A stretch of 59,706 bases of DNA, taken from contig NC_068996.1 in assembly GCF_001194135.2 (NCBI RefSeq), positions 29,964,161 through 30,023,866 of the forward strand, in the 5' to 3' direction. How positions within the stretch are numbered: the stretch's first letter is position 1; every line of letters starts with the position of its first letter. This DNA comes from Octopus bimaculoides. Its lineage: Eukaryota. The notes under the pieces were generated by a model that saw nothing but the letters and a program-made list of their open reading frames with translations, was not told where the DNA came from and searched no databases. This document shows, one piece after another, positions 1 through 11,459 of this stretch. The translations under genes were made by a program, and so were the position numbers.

Positions 1-287
1 GGATTTTCGAGCGAGATCGTGGCCAGTGCCCCCTGGACTGGCTCTTGTGCGGGTGGCACATAAAATACACCACTTTGAGCGTGGCCGTTGCCAGTACTGC
101 CTGACTGGCCTTCGTGCGGGTGACACGTAAAAGCACCCACTACACTCTCAGAGTGGTTGGCGTTAGGAAGGGCATCCAGCTGAAGAAACTCTGCCAAATC
201 AGATTGGAGCCTGGTGTTACCATCCGGTTTCACCAGTCCTCAGTCAAATCGTCCAACCCATGCTAGCATGGAAAGCGGACGTTAAAC

Positions 288-326
<39 letters not shown>

Positions 327-327
327 A
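1..327 (+). repeat. RTE-LINE 3' UTR / RTE-tail SINE-like repeat ending in (GAT)n
   Basis: Same sequence (ggaagggcatccagc...ccaacccatgctagcatggaaagcggacgttaaac + GAT tail) forms the 3' end of the RTE copy at 54955-56642 and recurs at 54735-54950. Confidence 0.8.
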
Positions 328-1539
328 CTAGTTTGCGGATATACTGTCTAATATAGACCACCCAATTTTTCTGAAGGGGGGAGAGCACATTACAAGCTTT
401 GCTTTTTGACTTAACAGCCTCAGCACAAGTGTGTATGAACTACTTAGGGTAGTTGGGTCATTGGGTTTTGTTGTATGCAGGATGTGAAGGGATATGCCTA
501 AAAGGATTGTTTCAGTCACTTGTCTAGAAGAATATTTTCCTGCCCTTGTGTATATTTACTGTTGAGATGAATTAACAAGCTGACTGACTGGAGAAATCTC
601 AAGAGTGTTACATAAGTAATAAGTGTTCTGAGAAAAAACATAATAAGGACAATAATTAGAGTATTAAAATATCTGAAATGAGTTGTAGTCATTGTTATTA
701 AGATTATAATTTTCTAATTTCTTTTAATGCTATAGTTAACATATGTAGCTAGATATGATCCTGGAGAGCTTGAAAATAGGGGTTCATAGTTTGAAGTATG
801 AATCCCTATTATATACATTGTAAGATAAAGTTAATAGTCAGCAATGTCATAAACTTAACAACTAAAATATTGCCAAATAAGAAACTATTTTGTATACTAG
901 GCAACTACAAGTAGATGTTTAACCATAATAAAATAGAGCTGATGATTAAAGGTGTTCCAGCTGTAACCTGTTCATTTTCCTTGTATATCTAGAACTGTCC
1001 AATGCATCTTCATTTTTTGAAGGCATCTCAGAGATTTGGCTGCTATTTCTTGCAAATTGAGCAACCATTTTGCTTTTACAACTTGGTGTTTTCAATGAAG
1101 ATAGAAAATGTGAGTGTGAGAAATATGAATGCAACATGGGATTTGCACCATTCATACATTTACCAAGTACATTAGAGATGCAAAGTTAATTAAGATTGGA
1201 CATAAACTTCAAACTCCATGTTTGCCACTTCTTAATTGGGTAACAAAAGTTGCACATAAGAGTTGCAAATCAAAACCTGCCATTATTACAAAGAATTATA
1301 AATTAAGAATGTAAATAGTTTAGCAAGAGGCATAAATTTAACTATGCATGTGTAAAATGACTGCCAGGAAGAATTGACATATAAAGTAAATGCCTTTTTA
1401 ATTTCATAGCTATTCTTGAAAGTACACAACTAGAAATACTGTCTTTAAATTCATTGTCCTGGTATAAGCACTGAAGTTTGTGTTTGCCTATTCAAAATCT
1501 TCTTGCAAAATTATACATGTTGCCAATAGATATAATTAC

Positions 1540-1620
1540 CTTATACTGAAAGGTTGTATTACTAATTTTTTTAAAACAGTCATCTCCAGCATAAATGGAT
1601 TCCAAGACTTCGAGCTCCTC
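1540..1620 (-). CDS. RWDD4: RWD domain-containing protein 4, coding exon 2 (EELEVLESIYAGDDCFKKISNTTFQYK)
   Basis: 81 nt, phase 0/0; acceptor ttattgctttctag| and donor AAG|gtaatt. The peptide aligns without gaps to human RWDD4 [27 protein letters not shown] (recalled sequence), including the RWD N-terminal E-x-E-x-L-x-S-I-Y motif. Confidence 0.88.
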
Positions 1621-1853
1621 CTAGAAAGCAATAAATAAAAAATAATTTCAAGAATGTTAATACAAAATAAAGATTGTCATTAAAAATTATTAAATGTCAC
1701 ATTTTGGTTAAAGAATATCAACAATTTAAAAGTGGAATTTTTGAAATTATATACTTATTCAAAATAGCACATATGTGATGAGTATAGTGTATTAAAAATG
1801 CATTTAATTGTAATTCATTTCAAGTTATATTTAGCAATCAAATTTCTATTTAC

Positions 1854-1877
1854 CTGTTGTAGCTCTAGATAATTCAT
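1854..1877 (-). CDS. RWDD4: RWDD4 first coding segment (MNYLELQQ), within exon 1854-1916
   Basis: ATG at 1877 with A at -3; 8 codons then CAG|gtaaat. A 233-nt intron joins it in frame to 1620. Same length as the human MSANEDQE segment. In-frame stops upstream; exon acceptor tttttttatttcag| at 1917. Confidence 0.8.
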
Positions 1878-2749
1878 ATTTAATCATTATTAGAAAGTAT
1901 CCACTCATGGAAGAAACTGAAATAAAAAAACATATAAATGAAAGTATATGTTATACGCTAAATGACAAACTGAAGAAAACAAAAATTATTATTAAAGAAA
2001 TAAGATTTCAAATCAGAATTCTCTTCCTACAAAAATGGAGATGATGTCCAGCAAGATGAAATACTTTTTAAAGAAACTCCAACATCATAGCTTGCTTACT
2101 TTTCAGATTTGTTAGTCACACATGTAGAATAGTATATAGCATTCTATATTAAATTGGGGGCACTTAGAAGAAAACCATATATTTTTAAATGTATGCCATT
2201 TGCATTTGAAATCTTTTATACTACTTTGCTGTGGAGTCTCTACATAGCTACAAAAGGCAGACAAATTTCCCTCAAATCACACTACCACCTTAATAAGGGA
2301 AGCTGATATTGTCATAGATATACAAAAAGACATTCCATTCAGCAAGAGTCTAACTTTTTGGACAAAAAAAATCAACAGCTTTCATGATAAATACTTAGGA
2401 ACAGTTTGGGGTTTGAAAGTAGCAATTTTTTAATGTAAGGGAATTTAAGTTCACTTGACATTATTAGTAAATAACTTCTACTGGTCAACAAGTAACAGTG
2501 GGGAAAAATATATTATATTGAATTCTATAGAGTAGTAAAATATAAAATGTTATCATAGATACATAAGTATATTCTTTTGTTTGTTTTATGTCCATTTCCT
2601 TTACTAAGCATGGATTGGATGAGACAGTTTCATAACCTGAGACCCTTCTTGTTGCAAGCAAGGGTTTTTATTCTACATCATTGAAAGTGCATAGCTATCA
2701 AATAATTTGTTGAAGAAGAATTATTAAACTTCAACAGTTGTAGCTCATT

Positions 2750-2950
2750 TGTGTGCAGAATGTAAATATACACACAGACATATGTGCATGCACAAACATG
2801 AACACACCAGGCTTTGCATAATTTCACTCATGAAGAATTGGTCAGCCTGGACTATAAGAGAAAACATCTGCTCTAGGGGCCATGCAGTGGAACTGAACTT
2901 AAAACTCTATGGATGAGAAGTGAACTTCTTAACCAAACTGCCATGCCTGT
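2750..2950 (-). repeat. Degenerate tRNA-derived SINE
   Basis: Diverged match to the SINE family at 43440-43772 (cactca..aag..ttggtc.gcc.g.actata..agaa.aca...gcagtggaactgaac). Confidence 0.6.
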
Positions 2951-3454
2951 GATATTTATAATGCTTGATCACTAATGATGTCCATCTCTTTACAAACTAG
3001 ATAAAAATTTTAGACTTTATGCATTACACAGACACACTTGAGAGGAGTCATTATCAAATTAATAAAGCCCACAAAAACAATACTGATACATGAAAATAAA
3101 TGCAGGAATAAAAAAATAAAAATATAACGACTTTATTTTAGAAATCAGGTTATATTGCTATTTAAGGTATAAAAATATAGATAGAATAAATTAACCATAT
3201 CTCAGAAGTCAGAACATGATATCACGGTCTAACCCCTTATTTTGTATCTCCCCCACTTACCTCTCTCATTATCTTTTAAGGTCTTTTGTCTCAATCTCTG
3301 TCATCCAGTCTCTTAATGATTGTAAGTTAAGCATAATTGCTTTGTCTTTTAGAAATTGTACTGAATATTATTATACCCTTTCCTCTAATTTTTCAACTAC
3401 TATAAATACTCCCCTCATCCCTTCCTGTCACTGTAATGTTTTTCCTATATTGAC

Positions 3455-3680
3455 AACTAACCTGGTTAAGAGAATGGGCTACTAACCCTAAGATTTCAAG
3501 TTCAATTCCAGGGAGTGACCTGAATAATAATAACAACATCGAAAAATACCTTAGGAATGAGAACCCAGGCTCAAAATTTCCTCAAGACACCTGATGAAGG
3601 CTGAAGGATATATCAGCTGAAACATTGTGTTAACAACAAACAAGACAAATATCCGTCAAATGTAAATAATGTAAAGATGA
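3455..3680 (+). repeat. tRNA-headed SINE-like element with PLE-type 3' module
   Basis: A-box-like TGGTTAAGA (3463) and B-box GTTCAATTCC (3500), short (AAT)n, then a tail containing a hammerhead motif. Confidence 0.6.
3585..3632 (+). ncRNA. Minimal type I hammerhead ribozyme motif (degenerate)
   Basis: GACAC-CTGATGA-A-GGCTGA(aggatata)TCAGCT-GAAAC-ATT-GTGTT: stems I and II pair; the expected ACGT helix III palindrome reads ACAT. Confidence 0.6.
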
Positions 3681-4414
3681 AATGGTCAGCAAGTATGCTA
3701 TACTGCAACTCAAGCATGAAGTATGAGCCACAAGAAACATGAATTGCATGATGGTACTTTTAACCTATGACACCCAAAAGGACTACATCAGTAACCTACA
3801 AATCATCACTAGAAAAATGAACAAATGCTATCAACATTGCTATGCCAAGAAGTGGCTTGTAGGAGCACCAAGTTCTGAGGCAAAGTCATGCATCCAATAA
3901 TACAGGACATTTCAGAATTTCTTTAAAAAAATATGCTCTGACAGGAAGTATCAGAAGTATGATACTTCATGAGCTGCTTTCTAAAATACAGCATGCTAAA
4001 AAATATTATCTAGAGAAGACAGGGGCAGATCAGACCTTTGATTCTGTACACCTTATAAAATAAAGAAATAACAGTAATAACGTCAGTGAAAAATAAATAT
4101 TAGGTAAATTGCCTTTACATATTTATCACTTAGAAAATATTTTTCATTTTTAACTTCATATATAGTATGCACTAGAAATTTTGACCTTTAAATTTTTGGA
4201 AAAGAGTGTGGATTATACTCGAGGATTTACGTTATATATTATGCACATATGTATAACACATACATGTGTGTGTGTGTGTGTGNNNNNNNNNNNNNNNNNN
4301 NNNNNNNNNNNNNNNNNNNNNNNNNNNNNNNNNNNNNNNNNNNNNNNNNNNNNNNNNNNNNNNNNNNNNTATATATATATATATATATATATTTTATATA
4401 AGTTAACTCTCAGG

Positions 4415-5310
4415 CCCTTTCATTCTAGACCTTGCTTCCATACCTAAAATTTCTTCTCTAGTTCTGATAATGAGTCAGTGATAAAAAAAAAGTCCCAAGG
4501 GCAGCCCATCTTAAATTCCTTTGTTATGGCCTGGGGGACTATGATGAACAAGAAGTGGCTGAGAGGCAATCCTTGGTTAACTCCTATGGTGAATTCATTG
4601 CTATTCTTGTTAACTTTCAACCTACTAACAGCATCCATGTACATGACTTGTACAGCTCTCACTAACCACTCATCTATCCTTAGTTTTTGCATTGCCTACA
4701 AGATAAGGGAATAGGGGAGCCTGTCAAAGGGTCGACAAAAGCCAAGTACAAAGGTTTATTTTTGGCTAAATATTTCTCCTGCAGCAGTCTCTCCAGGAAG
4801 ATAGCATCAGCAATGCTTCTCCTTGGCACAAAACCAAACTGCAGCTCGTCTAGACTAAATCTTTTCCTAATTAGTTGCGCTATGACCCTCTCTATAACTT
4901 TTATCACCTGGTCCAACAATTTGACACCTCTGTAATTACTTCTGTCCTAAGTATTACCTTTAACTTTATAGCAGTTGACTATAGTGCTGCTACACTGTCC
5001 ATTGGGGATGACTCCATCATGGACAATCTGATTAACTATACGGATGACTAGGTCATATCTCACTCCACCAGATATTTTAAGCATCTTAGTGGTGACTCCA
5101 GTTGGGCCGGGGGCTTTCCCTGTCTTCATATCCTTCATAGCTTTATCTACAATACCACTGTCTATTTGGATAGCTGGTACCTCTGTTGGGCCCGCATTAG
5201 AAACACTCTCCTTTTCCCATGTCTTCTCTACATTTAGCAACTATTCATAGTGGCACTTCCAAGCCTCTTTCTTTGCAGAGTCACTAACTTGTCATAAGAT
5301 GAAAGTAAAC
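4415..5310 (-). mobile_element. RTE-clade LINE reverse-transcriptase fragment (frameshifted)
   Basis: ORFs 4947-5240 (KAMKDMKTGKAPGPTG), 4680-4919 (LDELQFGFVPRRSIADAIF...LYLAFVD) and 4444-4692 (VNQGLPLS...F). Confidence 0.9.
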
Positions 5311-5604
5311 ATTATAAGATGAGGTTTTAAACAAAATGAAAGCAATGTGTGAAAGCTAATACATATGGAAAGAGAGTGTCAAAGAGTATGGTAAATATAT
5401 AGACTGGTAGTGAAAGACAAGGACTAGCAGAGTTGTCAATCTAAAAGTTAAGTTATTTGTCATAGAAAAATTAATTTTATTATTATTAATGGACAACCTT
5501 CTCTTTGGAATGCAGATTTCAAAAATCAAATTCATTTTTCTCAAGGATGCACCATTTCAGAGTCTTTTTGGACTAAACACACACACACATAAACACATAT
5601 ACTT

Positions 5605-5915
5605 TTATTTTTTATCTTTTACTTGTATTCATTAGACTGCAGCCATGTTGGGACACTGCCTTGAATTTTTAGTCAAATGAAATGACTCTAGTACTTATTT
5701 TTTTAAGCCCTGTACAAGTGGCAATTGTGGTGGAACAAACACACATAAACATTTATATACATACAACAGGCTTCTTTCAGTTTCCATCTACCAAATCCAC
5801 TCACAAGGATTTGGTTAGTCAGAAGCTATAGTAGAAGATACCTGTCACACAGTGGGACTAAACCCGGAACTATGTGGTTGGAAAGTAAGCTTCTAACTAC
5901 ACAGCCACCCCTGCA
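5605..5915 (-). repeat. tRNA-derived SINE (Meta-domain-like core)
   Basis: Core ttctttcagtttccatctaccaaatccactcacaagg and tRNA head gtgggactaaacccggaac...ctacacagccac shared with other copies. Confidence 0.8.
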
Positions 5916-5949
5916 ACTATATACATTCGCCATATTGGACCACTAAACT

Positions 5950-6118
5950 CAACACGTCTTATTTCATTCTCTCTATTTATTTATTTCCTCTTCTTCCTTT
6001 CTGTCGAAGAGCATAGGCACAAAATGTAAAAGACTTTTCCATTTTTCCCAAGCATCAAACTAATACACTTGCTTGTTGTTCCAACATCTATCTTTTTCTT
6101 TCTATAAATTTGAACTAT
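5950..6118 (+). mobile_element. Short PLE-derived 3' module with decayed hammerhead
   Basis: CTTT-CTGTCGA-A-GAGC(atag)GCAC-AAAAT-GTA-AAAG at 5997-6032; downstream sequence homologous to 34315-34500 and 58020-58200. Confidence 0.65.
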
Positions 6119-6119
6119 C

Positions 6120-7730
6120 ATCGTTATCATCACTGTCGTTTAACGTCCATTTCCATTCTGGCATGGGTTGAACAGTTTGACTGAGAATTGGCAAGCTGGG
6201 AGGTTGCACTGGACTCCAATCTGATGTGGCAAGGTTTCTACAGCTGGATGCCCTTCCTAACACCAACCACTCTAGGAGTGTAGTGAGTGTCTTTTACATG
6301 CCACCGGCACAGGAACCAGTCAAGCGGAACTGGCATCGGCCATGCTTGAATGGTACTTTTTACATGTCACCAGTATGAGCACTAGTTAGGCAGCACTGGC
6401 ATTGGCCACACTCGAATGGTATTTTTGTACATACAACCGGCATGGGTTCCAGTCAGACAGCACTGGAATCAACCACAACTATGATTTCACTTGGTTCAAC
6501 AGGTCTTCACAAGCACGCCATATTGCCCAATGATTGAAGGGTGCTTTTAAACAGGCCAGTTATGCGACACTGACATTGACCACAACTAAGATCTCACTTA
6601 GCTAGCCGGGTCTTCCCAAGCACAGCATATCTCCAAAGGTCTCAGTTGTTTGTCTTTGCCTCTGTGAAGCCCAACATTCAAAGGCTGTGTTTCACCACCT
6701 CATCCCATGTCTTCCTGGGTCTACCTCTTCCACAGGTTCCCTCCATTGTTAGGGTGTGACACTTCTTCACAGAGCTATTCTCATCCATATGCACCACATG
6801 ACCATATCAATGCAGTCGTCTCTTTTGCACACACCTGATGCTTCTTATGTCCAACTTCTCTTGCGGGGCACTTACACACTGCTGTGGATGCACACTGACA
6901 TTACACATACAGCAGAGCATACTAGCTTAATTTCTTTCAAGCCTACGCATGTCCTCAGCAGTCACAGACCATGTTCCGCTGCCGTGTAGCATGGCTGTTT
7001 GCACACAGGCATTGTACAATCTATCTTTCACTCTGAATGGGAAGCCTTTTGCTACCAGCAGAGGTAGGAGCTCTCTGAACTTTGTCCAGCCTGTTCTTAT
7101 TCTAGCAACTACTGACTTGGTCATATAGTTAACAGAAGCTATCAACAATTTGGAATCTGTTTTCTGTACATTTTCAGTGTTTATTGTACCTGTGCATCTT
7201 CCACATACAAAAACTATCTTCCCAGTTAACCTATTGCTGCACCTCTTATGTGTCCATAGCTTACACTGGGTACATCTTATGGAGTTTCTACCTACGCTTT
7301 TTCTACACATCAAGCAGGGCCATCAAGCTGAGGGGATTTGTGATTTGTCTGCCTTCCTACTTACTAAGACTTTGGTTTTAGCTAGGTTAACTCTAAGACC
7401 CTTTGATTCTAGGCCTTGCTTCTACAACTGAAACTTCTCTAGTTCTGGTAGTGACTCAGCTATGAGAGCAAGGTCATCAGCATAGAGGAGCTCCCAGGGG
7501 CAACCTGTCTTGAATTCCTGTTATTACCTGGAGGACTATGATGAACAAGAGGGGGCTGAGGACTGATCCTTGGTGAACTCCTACTTCTACATGGAATTCC
7601 TCATTATAATCATTTCCAACCCTCACCTTACTGACAGCATCCCTGTACATTGCTTGTACAGCTCTCACCAACCACTCATCTATGCCTAGATAAGGGATTG
7701 GGGGACCCTGTCAAAGACTCTCTCCATGTC
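6120..7730 (-). mobile_element. 5'-truncated RTE LINE (RT C-terminus, 3' UTR, GAT-type tail)
   Basis: ORFs 7477-7671 (GVHQGSVLSPLLFIIV) and 6927-7313 (RIRTGWTKFRELLP...LYNACVQTAMLHGS), then 3' UTR subrepeats and a tail at ~6120. Confidence 0.9.
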
Positions 7731-7742
7731 AACATATGCATA

Positions 7743-8792
7743 CAGATACACAATTCTTTATCCGGAACCTTTGGGGACAGTTCTGTTCAGAATTTTGATT
7801 TTTTTCGGATTTCAGAACTAGCTGTTCCAGATTGTAAACTAGACATCAAAACAGACGTCCTACTATGGTAGCATAAGCACGTGTATACATAATCACAATC
7901 AGTGGGAAAAATAAAGATTACAAATATTATTAGTTTATTTTTAGAGTAATATACTGGTAAATGAAATAGTGAGATAATTAAGATCACAAGTAAAAAAATA
8001 CATATAGTGGGATAATTTAAAACCAAAATATATGATCCACAAGTACAAGTTTACACATTACCATAATATTTCTGTAGAGAGACACATAAGTATTCACACT
8101 AATTTGAATAAAGAAAGACTACAAATGGTTTATTTATATGCTTGAGTCATAAATTGGTTCAAACTAAGCTAAATATGTAGTTGCAGTTAAGATATGGAAC
8201 AGGGTCATTCAGTGTCACCAACATTGTCATCAGGTTGCGGGTGAACTTCTGATGATGGGGCAGGAATGAGACTCTCAAGTGATGAAGTAGCACTATGAGA
8301 GAGGGCATTTTTAAAGACTTCTTCAAGTGTCATCTGTCAAAGCAATGTCTCTTTAATTGACTAAACTCCCATAATCACTTGTTCATTGATAAATGCATGT
8401 TGTTCAAGGCCAGCTATTAACTGATCACAAATTTTCACCGTATTGTCTACAGGAATTTTTCACCTGTGTTCTCTATGTCATCATCACTACCGTGTTCATT
8501 CTTATTCATATTTAACATCATTTTAGCAGTTTCAAGTCGTAGTAACTCCACTTTCTGCCTTATTGTTAATGATAAATGTTTCCTTTTCTTTGGGTATCTG
8601 CAGTTCTTTTTGACATTTTCAGGGTAAATTATATACAAAGTCACAGGAAACAACACGAAGACATCAAATAGCAAATGGACATCTCTCTACAAGCACTGGG
8701 CCATACTTGTTGCTTGGCAGTAAGTGGTGGCCAGCCTGTCGGTTTTGGAGGCTTTTCAGATTTTAGATTTCTGGAGGAAGGATTGTGTACCA

Positions 8793-8793
<1 letters not shown>
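7743..8793 (-). mobile_element. Internally deleted Tigger/pogo-like DNA transposon
   Basis: Imperfect TIRs cagatacacaattctttatccggaa / rc ctggtacacaatccttcctccagaa; TA at the left flank. ORF 8447-8674 has a CENP-B-type HTH start (KRKHLSLTIRQKVELL); C-terminal QMTLEEVFK-like motif near 8310. Confidence 0.75.
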
Positions 8794-8836
<43 letters not shown>

Positions 8837-8919
8837 AGAATTCACAAAAAAACAAAAGATGAAGACTTATTTCTTTTTATTAAAATTTTCATTGCATCTT
8901 GCAACCTTTTCAATAGTCA

Positions 8920-10430
8920 TTAACTCTGTCTGTTATCAGAACTGCGTTCTTTTTGTTTTGTGTGTTTGGGTGCATGTGTATGTGTATGTATTTGTCTGTA
9001 TGCATGTATGTGTGCATATATGTATGCTTGTGTAGACATTTGTATGTATGTACTCTGCAGGTATGTGTGTATGCATATATATATGTATGCATGTGTAGAC
9101 ATTTGTATGTATTCTAAATATCCATGTGCTAGTGTGTTCATGCTTATGTTTGTGTTTTTGTATATGTGTGTGTATCTGTGTGCACCTGTCTCCTTGTGTG
9201 TCAAGTATGGGTTTGTGTGGCTATATAAACTGGGTATTGGGGTATGACACCTATGTATATTTCCTATTTAGTACTGGGGATATTTCATTAATGAGGATGT
9301 ACTCGTGTATTTGTCTGAGTGTTGGGTCCTTTGGGTGCTTGGATAAAATGTGGGTGTCAAGTTGACCCAGTGTGCCTCTATGTTGGTCTTTGGCATGTTG
9401 GAATAGTATGAAGGATTGTTTTTTGTTGTCATATTGTCTCAAATGTTCATTCAGTCTCTGCATTGCTTCTAGATGTTTCACCTATATATCTTATGTTCAT
9501 GTCTTTACAAGCACCTCTATGCACCTTATGTCCTACATAGTTGTGATCTGATAGTGCTCCCTCGCTTTTCAACGATCTTAAGTTCTGTATATGTTTTTTT
9601 GTTTCATTAGGTTCGCATAGTGGGGCAATGTTGTTCATTATCCTAACTAGGTCTGCTATCAGTATGTTGATTTTCATGTTGTGTGACAAAGCTGAGCTCT
9701 TGTGAACAATATATTTAGAAGCTATAGGTTTCATGTAATAAGAGTGGAGGAGTTGGATTCCATTGTTCACAGTCTCTAACCAAAATTTGATATCAAAGAC
9801 AGTGAGTTTATTGTTAGGGTGCCTAGTGGGGTAATCTATAGTTACCTTGATACTTTGATGGATGGAGTTAGCTACATACTGGATGCTTTCCATTATGCTC
9901 CTTTCGGTTTTTACATTGCAGTTACTAGAGTTTGTCCTAACTAGAACGTTAATGTCATCTACATGCCTACAGTAAAGTAAAACGGTAGTGGATTGTTCTA
10001 CTAAGGATTGTTTTAGTTTTCTGTCCCACCAAGTCATGAAGAGGCTGGCTGCATCTCCAGCCACACTGACACCAATGGCTGCACCTTGAACCTGCATGTA
10101 TAGCTTCTTGTTAAACTTTACTATGTGGTTCTTATGTTAGACCCTATTGCATGTGCAATCATTCTTTTCATCTGACTGTTGTTCTCAGGGTCTTGGGTGG
10201 GCGTGGTCCAGCAACTCCAGCGCTATCTTTGCCACCAAGGTGATAGTGGGTGGTCTTCCTCTCTGTAACCTGATAGGGCAGAATCTACTAAAGTCATGGT
10301 TGTCTAGATATAATTTCCCTCTACCCATCTGTAAACAGATTTTGCTGTGGAAAAATGCATTGAGATTATCTTTGAGAGTGAAGAAGAGTTCTGTGAAGTC
10401 AAAACGAGGGATGTGGGTCTCTGCCTTAAA
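8920..10430 (-). mobile_element. Penelope-like element, left arm (RT core plus deleted linker/EN, microsatellite tail)
   Basis: ORF 9447-10097: GAAIGVSVAG...YCRHVDDI (YVDD-like)...YYMKPIAS...YIGETSRS. Confidence 0.85.
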
Positions 10431-10434
10431 CTAA

Positions 10435-11458
10435 GCTAAGACAGTAACTATCCAGACAACCATGACCTTAGTTGATTATGTCCCACCAGGTCATTGAACT
10501 TTGGTTAGAGACTCAACAACAAAGTGCAACTCCTCCACTCCTATTACATGAAACCGATAGATACTAACTATGTTGTTAAGAACTCAGCTTTGTTACACAT
10601 GAAAATCAACATACTGTAGCAGACCTATTTAGGATAATGAACAATGTGTCCCTATTATGCAAACCCTATGAAACAAAGAAACGTACAGATTCTCATGCAC
10701 TGAATGCAATTCTCTGGCTATGCTCAGAAAGATAGGGTTCGGGTATACAGGGTGCCAGAAAGAAGTTAGATAGCATTATAAGTAATGAAACCAGTGGTAC
10801 CTGCCTTAGATATAGAAGTAAAGACTGGAATAGGATACAAAGAGTTTGTGACAAAGCAGATTGAACACATGGGACAAGACTGACAAATATCAAGGTGTGA
10901 TGTTTGTAGAGGCCACAACCCATGGAGAACTAGCCCATAGATTTAGGAGAGCTCTGAAGGAAGCTAAACTCAACATTAAGATCGTTGAAAAGCCAGGGAG
11001 CTCCATCAGATCACAACTATGTAGGACATACTCCCTTTGAGAATACCACATGCACCAATGATAACTGCATGGTATGTAAGATTAAGCCTGGCATTAACTG
11101 TAGAACTAGAAATGTAGTCTACAGCATAAGGTGCAGAGATGGTGCTTGTAAAGAGAACATAATATACATAGGTGAAACATCTAGAAGCAATGCAGAGACT
11201 AAATGAACATTTGAGACAATATGACAAAAACAATCCTCCATACTCTACCAACATACTAAAGACCAACATGGAGGCACACTGGGTCAACTTGACACCCGCA
11301 TTTTATCCAAGCATTTGAAGGACCCAACATTGAGACAAGTACAAGAGTACGTCCTCATTAATGAAACATCCCCACTATTAAATAGGAAGTATACATAGGT
11401 ATGACACCTATACATAGGTGTCATACCCCAATACTCAGTTTATATAGTCACACAAACA
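10435..11458 (+). mobile_element. Penelope-like element, right arm (RT end, Cys linker, GIY-YIG endonuclease)
   Basis: ORF 10985-11206: CxxxxCxxC...CRTRNVVYSIRC...YIGETSRS. Inverted homologue of 9205-9790. Confidence 0.85.
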
Positions 11459-11459
11459 A

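Noticed and set aside
328-1314. ORFs 328-519, 946-1155 and 1129-1314 as further RWDD4 exons
   Set aside because: No resemblance to the expected next RWD segment (the YP..PP motif) and no coherent splice-site pair.
3460-3520. tRNA gene
   Set aside because: Only degenerate A/B boxes and no cloverleaf; it is a SINE head, as are the other tRNA-like stretches.
8910-9365. ORFs rich in YI/TH/CV dipeptides (also 20064-20369, 29908-30373, 58146-58466)
   Set aside because: Translations of (TA)n, (CA)n and (TACA)n microsatellites.
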